DNA from: Cyanophora paradoxa CCMP329
Lineage: Eukaryota; Plantae; Glaucophyta
Direction of reading: 5' to 3'
NCBI GenBank assembly: GCA_004431415.1
Contig: QPMI01000136.1
Span: 62,001 to 126,000, forward strand
Length of the DNA stretch: 64,000 bases
In this document: positions 56,182-64,000 of the stretch, piece by piece
Position numbering within the stretch: the first letter of the stretch is position 1
How the letters are laid out: the number at the start of each line of letters is the position of its first letter
Program-made: the position numbers and the translations under genes
Notes under the pieces: generated by a model
Told to the model about the DNA's origin: nothing
The model's input: only the letters and a program-made list of their open reading frames with translations
Database searches by the model: none

Positions 56182-56262
56182 GGTAATTGCAATGGGGGGT
56201 ACCCCCTCCCTTGCTCCCCTGGTGATTGCAAGGGGGGGTACCCCCTCCCTTGCTCCCCTGGT
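56182..56262. repeat. 39-bp tandem duplication containing GGGGGTACCCCC palindrome
   Basis: GGT(A/G)ATTGCAA..GGGGGTACCCCCTCCCTTGCTCCCCT twice. Confidence 0.8.
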
Positions 56263-57989
56263 GAATTGGTGCGGCGTACTTTCTGTGTTAGCAATTTTTG
56301 TAAGATAAGATTCTTTGCATGCGCTCTCGTATAGGTGTGATCGCATCGTAGCCGCTGCGAGCGGCGAAAAAAATGCAAGTGCGGGGCTGCGCAAACATGT
56401 CGAAGCCGCTCCTCACCTGCTATTGCTATATGCGCCGGACCACGTGCTCCTGAATGCTACCAATGCGCTCTACAAACTCAGTCATACATGCCTGGGCTCG
56501 AGAAGCGGCGCGTGGCGCGCTAGGTTGCCTCAAGTACCTGTTGTACCGGGCGCCGGAAAAAAGTGCTCCTGAGAGTTTCAGTTTTTGCTGGGTACACATG
56601 TACATGCCAGAGGTCGAGGTCACGGGCCGGGGCCGAGCATCCGATGATCCGCATGCGGAGCACGCGCCGGAGCGGCGCGCCCGCAACGTCGCGTTCCGGT
56701 GCGCTTCCGGCTGCGGCCTCGGCGGCGACACCTGCACCGTGCGGGAACAGCCGCGGATGCGCTCCTGGTGGCGGAGAGCGCCGCGAGAGTGCAGGAAGAA
56801 GGCGCCCGAGACGCCGCGACGCCGGCTGTGTGCGCTCCCGCGGCCGCGGCGTTTTGCCAACGCTAGCGCTCTCGGTTTCTGACGGACTCCGATTCATGAT
56901 CAAGCAGACTCCGGATCCAGCTCGATGTTGTCAAGCTCTTCAAGCGCAGTTCAAGCACGGGGCGGGTCGCCACTTGCACGCCTCGGCCCCACGTATGCGT
57001 GGCCTGAACCGCGGCCGGCGTTCCGTAGCAGAGTGTGGCGGCCGCGGTGTCGCAGCATTCGCAGCTGCTCCTAGTACGTCGCGCCGGGCTAGGCCCCGCC
57101 CCTGCGCCGCGGCTGTCCGATCCGGGGCGAGCTGACGCCTCGGCCCTGCGCGCGCAGGCTATGCGCAGGGCCCGGCGCCACCTGCCCCTCCGCCCGCTTC
57201 CTCGCCCGCCGCCTCGCCGGCTGCGCATGCTTCAGCGTCATCGACTCCAGGTTCGCTCCGCCGCTGCTGCCGCGCACCTGGCCCGGCCGCCCCGCTGGGC
57301 CCCGCCCCCGCACGGCCGCTGTCCGGGGCGAGCTGACGCCTCAGTCTTGTCGGCGTCCGCTTCCGCCTTTCAGCGCGGCGCCGGCGCTTTACAGCGTTTG
57401 AGCTAGGGACGGGGCTTGGTACCCCCCTCACCTTTAGCAGCAGTTTAGCTTGGGCGAGCGCAACGCAGAGGCATCCCGCGCGGAGCCGGGATGGCGCGGC
57501 GGCTCCCGAGGCTCTCCCGGCGCAGCGCTGGGCCCTGCGCTTCCTCGCGGCGTTCGTGGCAGCGCAGCTCGGCTTCTGGGCCCTCGCGCGCCGTAGCGGC
57601 GAGACGCACGCCTCCAGTGCCGGCGCCGACGCGGCGGGAGAGGTCGCGGGCGCGGCCGCGGGCGACATCGAGCCGCTGCGGTGGCGCTCGGCGCGGTGCC
57701 CGGCGGCCCCCGAGGCGCACGTCTTCCTCGGCGGGCGCCTCGCCAAGCGCGCGGCGTGCGCCCTCCCGTTCCATCCGCTCGCCCTCGCCTCACCGAAGCG
57801 CGCATGCAGGGACGGCCTCCCGCCCTGCGCGGCGGACGAGGCGGTCTCCTTGGTCCTCCCGATGGCCTTCAAGGACGCCGCGCGCTTCGCCATCCTCGAC
57901 AAGAGCCTCAAAAAGTTCTTCGACATGGCGGGTCCGCCGGCACGATCCGAGAATTCGAATGACGCCCAGATCTAGAGCGAGAAGGGCTA

Positions 57990-60001
57990 CAGTGGCGCAT
58001 GATCTAGCCGAAGCCGGCATCGGGCGCGGCTCCTGAAGCCCCCCGCCGGGCGCAGGCGTGTGCGAGGCGCTGGTCGTCGCGGTGGACGGGGAGGCCGACG
58101 AGGTCGCACGCGCCGTGCGCGCCCCCGCCCCTACTCGGGCCCTCGGGCTATGGCGCCAGCGCTCCCCCGACCTCCTGGCGCAGGTCGCCGGCTCGTGGCT
58201 CGCGCCGCACGCGCGGGTCGTCCGCGAGAACGTGCTCGTCCCCGAGCTCGCGCAGTGCGCCGCCCCGCCCCGGCCCTCTGTTAGGACGACCGAGGGGACC
58301 GAATGAGGCGATTGCGGGGCCGGGCGCAGGTGGGAGGTCCCGAACTGGATCCGCCAGCAGATCATCAAGGCGCGTGTCGTACCCCTCCATTCCTCCCCCC
58401 CTTGCACGGTTCCCGTCAGAAAGCCGATTTCGAACCCACCCGTGCGCAGCTCTCGATGGCCGCCCACGTTCGAACGAAGTTTTACGTGGCCCTGGACGCG
58501 GTACCCCCCCCCCGCCCGATCCTGTACCCTCCTCCCCGTCCACCCTCCTCCCAGGACGTTATCGCGGTCAAGAGGTGCGGCCTTGCGGAGCTCTTCGTGG
58601 ACGGGAAGGCGCGCGTACCCCCCTCCCCCCGACAATCTGCGTACCCCGCCCGGGGACCTCCGAACGGCCTGTACCCCCCCGGCAGGCGAAGACGAACATG
58701 TTCCCGAAGGAGGCGCTGAGCGAGACGGTGCACGCCTGGTACAACGGCTCGGGCAAGGTGCTCTGGGCGGGGGCGGGGGCGGGGCCTAGGGGCGAGAGGC
58801 CCGCGGGCACTGTCCGACCGGAGCGGTAGCTCGAGCGCAAGCGGGGGCTGAGGGGCGGGGCGGCGGGGGCAGGTGCTGGGCATGGAGGTCCCCCCGAGCC
58901 AGGCGCTGCGCTTCGGGGTCACACCCGCCGTCCTCAGCACCAGCGTGCGCGAACTCCCCTACCCCCCCTTCGCGCCCCCCAAAGCCCGGCCTGTCCTAGG
59001 CCGCCGGGCCCCCGCCCCCGCCCCCGCCCTGGCCCGGGCCTGGGCTCGACCTCCCCGGGCAGGTGGCGCGGGGCGTGGGGCGCCACATCGAGGAGCGCTT
59101 CGGCCTCTGCTGGCGCCAGCACCTCGTCGACCGCGTGTGCGTTCGCCCGCGCCCCTCCCCTGCCGCCTCAGATCTGATCCGATCGCCAGGTGGGACTCGT
59201 TCACGGAGTACGGCGTCTACTTCACGTACGCCGCCGCCACGGGCCTCTTCCACAAGTACCACGGTTCCACCCCGCCCGGGCCCTTCTTCTTCGCGCTTCC
59301 GGGTACTCTCTGAGATCCCCGCTGCAGTTGAAACGCAGCACGGGGTGTACAAAGAGTGCGCTGCCCGCGGCGTGGCGGTGGTCGACGTCGGGGGCCTTCG
59401 TACCCCCTAACCGCTCCCCGTGTCCCCTGTTCTTGCCCAGGTTCGCTCTCGGCGTCTGGTGGCCGAGCATGATCGACACGTGGGACATGAAGCGGGTACC
59501 CCCGAGTTCTAGGCCCCCTCGGATCGCTCTACCACCCTCGCCCCCCTTACACGGTACTCCCAGGTGTTCGACCCGAAGGAGCCCGGCTGCTTCACGGTGG
59601 CCCAGTCGAACACCAAGATCCCCCCGGAGCGCTTCTGGGAGAAGGCGCGCGTGCCCCCGCTCCCGCCCGGCGGCGTACCCCCCTTGACGCTTCCTGCCCC
59701 GCGCCCCGCGCCCCGCGCTCAGGTCGGCCCCTACATCGAGAGCCCTCCGATCCGAGGCGCCGCAGGCGTCGAAGCAAGCAAGCTGCGAACTCGCAATTGC
59801 GCAATTGCAAGCTGCGAACTCGCGAGGTCTAGAGCCCGGATCCGAATCCTCAATGTGATTCCCCATGGCCACCCATCATGGCATCGCGCTCCCGCGAAAC
59901 GCAGAGAAACAGACAGCGAACTTTTAAAATTCCGCTTGAAATTTCTATGTACAGCCGCTGAGCCTCGGAGCAGCTTCGTATATGGGGCAAGCTGCGATTG
60001 A
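57990..60001 (+). CDS. Host multi-intron gene, DUF6492-like putative glycosyltransferase; ends uncertain
   Basis: Spliced reading NWIRQQIIK|LSMAAHVRTKFYVALDA|DVIAVKR...|GVTPAVLS|...FTEYGVYF|...FTVAQSNT; about 10 short introns. Confidence 0.65.
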
Positions 60002-61179
60002 TAATTATAACCTCGTACGTAGTAGTAAGACGAGCAATTGCAATCCATGCATGTCGATCTACGTTCTAAATCAATTAATCGATATCTCGACAATCTGAAT
60101 TCGAATTCGAAGCTGACCATGACAACTTTTTGGCATGCATATGGCTGTATGCAGGCACCTTATGCATTTCGAATAAAGTGGAACAGTATTAATTCCGGAA
60201 AGTACTGAAGTGCACGTGGCAAAGCCTTGAAGACACTAAAGTTGTCAGCAAATAGCGCACTACGTATACTATGATATATACCTTTTTTTTTCACAAAGCC
60301 CATATCAAGGGCCAGGACGAGTGTATTTGTTCAGTAACATCATCGTACGCACTACCGGTTCGGAATAGGCCGAACTCTGGGTCAGAGCATAACCTGAGGC
60401 CGGAACACAGGGATAGGCGCCTCGACGCTACAGCTGAGCGTTTCTCTTGTGGGGGGAGGCGTGGGAGGGGGTCGTAGGTGTGAGTGTAGACGTACATTTG
60501 GGAGTCGTGGTGCCGTGGGGGCCAAGCTTATCAGTCAGGGGAGAGCGGGGCGGGGAGGGAGGGGGGGAGGGGGGCGGCGCGGGCTAGGGTAGCGGGCGCG
60601 CCCCCGATTTTTATTGCGTGTGGGGCGCGGGGTGAGTGTGGGCCGGGTAGGGGCTGGATCGGGTATGCCGCGGGGACGGGCGGTGGCGGGCGGGGTGGGC
60701 ACCCTAGGGGGGACAGGGGACAGAGGGGCGTGGCGAAGGCGCAGGCCGTGGAGCTAGTCTGTCGCAAGCGTCCGGGCCGGAGAGATGCTTAGGGAGGTGG
60801 GGCGGATCGGTAGGCGGGCAAGGCTTAATGCGAGGGCGGGTAGGGGGGTGTCATTGCTTCATGGAGCGATCTAACTCAGAGAGGAGGGCGGCGGGCTTGT
60901 CACAAGGCCCCTTTCTTCGGCAGTCATGCTACCGCAAATTGTAGAGAGAGGAAAGAGAAAGAGATCGGGGGCCGAAAGGGTAAAAGTGCCGAGAGAGGAA
61001 ATTTCTACGCTGCCGCGTTGTCGGCGGCGGCCGCCCGGCGGCCGGCCAGGAGGGCCTCGATGGCGGCGGGGCCCCCGAGGGCCGAGGTGAGCTCGGCGAG
61101 CACGCGCTGGGCCGCCTGGTAGTTGGTAAGCGAGATGGTGGCCAGCCCAGGGCCGGGGGCGGGGGCCGGGCCCGGGGAT

Positions 61180-61206
61180 CTATATATATATATATATATA
61201 TATATA
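61180..61206. repeat. (TA)n microsatellite
   Basis: Direct reading. Confidence 0.95.
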
Positions 61207-62800
61207 GCTCAGCGGCTAGATCTTTGCGGCCTCCTCGGTGGTCTTGCGCGCGCATGCCATGTCCAGGCCTAGCCTAGTAGGCCGGGCTGGATGCGCTTGC
61301 TGTGTGTGTGCATATATGTATATGGACCCTGTGCACGTGCGGCTTCTTCGTGCCTGTGCACTGCATCTGGTGCCGCTGCGTGCGAGTTCGAGGAGCCTCG
61401 GAGGGTGCCTAGCTCCCTCGTGCATTTTAGCTATAGAGCCCTCCGCTTCTAGGGGGGCCAAGGATGTCCCGAGCGCTAAGGAAAGTTCGACTGTGGCGCC
61501 GACCTCCCTTGAGCTCGGCGCAGTCAACCTATTTAGGTATATATCGCAGGTGCCCCTCAGGCTCGCCGACCGTATAGGAGGCTTGCAGCGGGGGTGGGGG
61601 CGGGGGGCCGGTCGCCTCGGGAGAGGGGCCAGCGTGCACGAGGGGCGGGCGGCGCGGGGCCTGGTGATCGGGACGACCGCCAGGGGTGTGCTGTCCACCT
61701 CCGAGGATGCATCAGGGGAGCCCGGGGTTGCCGGGTCCGACAGCGGGCGAGCTCCTTTAGGCTCTGACCCCGCGGGGGCGGGTCCCGGCGAGGCCGGGCC
61801 CTGGAGCGGGCGAGCGCCGTCTGGCTCAGACCCCGCGGTGGTAGCTGGGCGAGCGTTTGAGTGCTCGTGCGCCCGGGTAGTGGTCTTCGGTGCGCATGCC
61901 AGCGCCGGCGGCGCCAGCAGAGGCGGCATCGCAGGGGGGGCAGAGGGCTCTGTCTGCCGCCGTGTCTTGGGGCGCTTGCACCGCGTCCCACCAGAGGCCT
62001 GCGGGCGTCGCGCGCGCGTCACGGAGAGCCAAGTGAGCGTGGGGATGCGGCCCCGTGGTCCTGTGACGTCGTGCTGGCGCGGGCGGCTCCGCGCACGCGT
62101 CGCCGGCGCCGGCGTGCTCTGTGGCGGTGCGCGGCAGGCGTCAAAGTTCATATTGAAAAGGCGTGAGCGAAGGGCGTAGATGACGGGCGCGGGGAGGGTT
62201 CGCAGGATCCCCCGTGGGGCTTGGATGTCGTGCTGGTGCGGGCGGCCCCGCGCACGCGTCGCCGGCGCCGGCGTTCCAGGTGCGTTGGCGGAGCCGCGGG
62301 TCCGATTGCACGGAGTCGAGTCGTTCGTCGTGCGCTGTGGGCATGAGCTCAGGCGAGCCGTGCATGCGCGGGTGGTAGTCGACGAATTTAATTATTTTGC
62401 AAGCTCAGCGGCCAGTCGACGAAACAGGTACCGGTTAGATCCGTCAGCCTGCAGGCTCAGAAGTTTCTGCCTCTGGAGATGTGTGATGACTTTACCTTTT
62501 CTGTTGTTTTAATTGTTTTAATTGTTTCAATTCGGAGGGTCAAGTTCACGAGAAAACTTTGCGGACGCCGTGACGTCGACGTGACGCTGTGACGTGGCGA
62601 GAAAACGGCGAGATACGTGACACACAAAAGATTGGCGCTGATAGAGCGCTGATGGCTAGTTCGAGACCGAGCCGGAGACAAGTCTTGCAGTTAGTTGCAT
62701 GGCTTAAAGGTTTCTCGCACTCATACTAGCAATCAGAGATTGTGCGCGATTAAATCGCAAAAAGTTTTCGGTCAGCCAATATTGTAGAGACCTATTCATA

Positions 62801-64000
62801 ATGGACAGGAACAATCTGAGAGCGGAAATTCGGAGCCTTGCGCAGGAGCTACACACTCTTAGGTACATTAACGGAACATATTTGAACACACTGTTGCGGC
62901 TAGCAGACCCACAGAGGGGAACCCACACACAAAATCTTCGAGCAAATCTAGCGACATTGCTCAGACTTAGGCAGACGAACCGGCCGCAGCGCCCTTTGTA
63001 CGAGGCATGGATAACAAGACATTTTGATAGCGAACGCAATGCTCGAATTGCAACCACGCGAGAGTTTGATGATATTGTTGAGTATGGGATCTCGAATTTG
63101 TTTCGCGAGAGTGGTCGAGGCGATACCGTGTTAAATTATGCCCACTATGCATATCCGGGGTTGTTATTTACCAAGGATGTTTTGGATATTGAACCGACTC
63201 CAATGCCTGAGCGAGTGAAAGAGATCACGATCGTGTTTCTGAGAGAGCTGCGAGTGCCAGCGAGGATTGGATCAAGCGTCCTAATTCGCTTTCATTTCGA
63301 TAACTTTCGCATATATCGCACTCAACTTGCAACAATCGAAGAGGGCACAATGCACTCGCTGTTGTCAAACTTGGCTGAAAAGATGGAACAATGGATGCTA
63401 GCGCAACAGCCATACGAAGACAATGACCTCTGGCCAGTAGTGAAAATAGAGGTGCTAATTGCAGAGAACGCTGCAGGTGCACTGGGAAACGTTCCAAAGC
63501 TCCCATTCAACGGCAAAGCCCTGACCATGAATAAGATCTACTGTCCGATTTCACCAGAGGACAATTGCGTGTTAGAGTGCTTTGAATATGTAAAGCTGAA
63601 TCCTGGAAGAATAAGCCTAGATCGAATTTACAAGCAGCTTCAGAGATTGGACTATGGAGGGATTAGAACACAGCTAGGACTACGGCGAGGATTGATATCA
63701 GTTGATGTGCCGACAATTAATAAGCTGAGCGGTTTTTACAGAATAGACACGAGTGTTTTTGAGTTTTCGCAAGGAAAATTTAAGCCGCTTTTTGCAACCG
63801 ATCTAGGATTTGAAAAGCGTGCTCACCTTTGTATTGTCGAGGCGCACTGCTACCTGATTAAGGATAAAAGAACAACTGAAATGGAGAAGTGCAGTGCCTG
63901 CGGGAAAATGCAGTTGGAACTGGAAAGGCACAAGGTAACTTGTCAGTTTTGTACTAGATGCCGTTGCGCCTACAATCCAATTGAAGATCACACAAACAAA
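62801..64000 (+). CDS. N-terminal 400 aa of a third Polinton-type pPolB, open to the window end
   Basis: Manual translation has no stop from ATG 62801; EDNCVLECF...EAHCYLI...KCSACG matches the order of DDSCFENAI...GHYITI...YCDTC in PolB-A; AT-rich. Confidence 0.65.
   Translation, partial: MDRNNLRAEIRSLAQELHTLRYINGTYLNTLLRLADPQRGTHTQNLRANLATLLRLRQTNRPQRPLYEAWITRHFDSERNARIATTREFDDIVEYGISNLFRESGRGDTVLNYAHYAYPGLLFTKDVLDIEPTPMPERVKEITIVFLRELRVPARIGSSVLIRFHFDNFRIYRTQLATIEEGTMHSLLSNLAEKMEQWMLAQQPYEDNDLWPVVKIEVLIAENAAGALGNVPKLPFNGKALTMNKIYCPISPEDNCVLECFEYVKLNPGRISLDRIYKQLQRLDYGGIRTQLGLRRGLISVDVPTINKLSGFYRIDTSVFEFSQGKFKPLFATDLGFEKRAHLCIVEAHCYLIKDKRTTEMEKCSACGKMQLELERHKVTCQFCTRCRCAYNPIEDHTNK

Noticed and set aside
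56397-57975. Possible genes (56454-56882, 57556-57975)
   Set aside because: Could be exons or pseudogene pieces, but no recognisable motif or consistent splice model
60480-62500. ORFs 61216-62151 and 61238-62179 as gag-like genes
   Set aside because: Low complexity, no CCHC or other motif
62704-63991. Short minus-strand ORFs
   Set aside because: Antisense to the open plus-strand ORF from 62801
1-64000. rRNA, tRNA, telomeric repeats, host species assignment
   Set aside because: No recognisable RNA gene or telomere array; intron style alone cannot identify the host

Overview
Eukaryotic genomic window (GC-rich host with short 50-90 nt spliceosomal introns, several with GC donors) made mostly of nested mobile and viral DNA. 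(1) 1-16974 is the right part of an AT-rich endogenous Polinton-like virus (element A). It encodes patatin-discoidin, two penton-like genes, a major capsid protein, an A32 ATPase, a TVpol-SF3 helicase, a protein-primed PolB and an RVE integrase. It also carries iteron-like repeat modules and a hairpin end. (2) Element A abuts, and apparently interrupts, a GC-rich intron-containing virus-like block (16975-~32500). This block encodes a PrimPol-Zn-finger/UL9-like helicase, an F-box protein, TFIIB, a GIY-YIG nuclease and a spliced Ulp1-protease/tyrosine-recombinase/Zn-finger fusion. (3) ~33900-42550 holds two J-domain paralogs, a divergent Skp1 and a 143-bp tandem array. (4) A second Polinton fragment with a paralogous PolB lies at ~42750-47500. 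(5) Non-LTR retrotransposon fragments follow, one enclosed by pogo-like TIRs (50360-56146). (6) A multi-intron DUF6492-like host gene lies at ~58000-60000. (7) A third Polinton-type PolB ORF (62801 onward) runs off the window end and is missing from the ORF track. All calls come from motif recognition by eye, with no database search. Frameshifts may be real or long-read indel errors.
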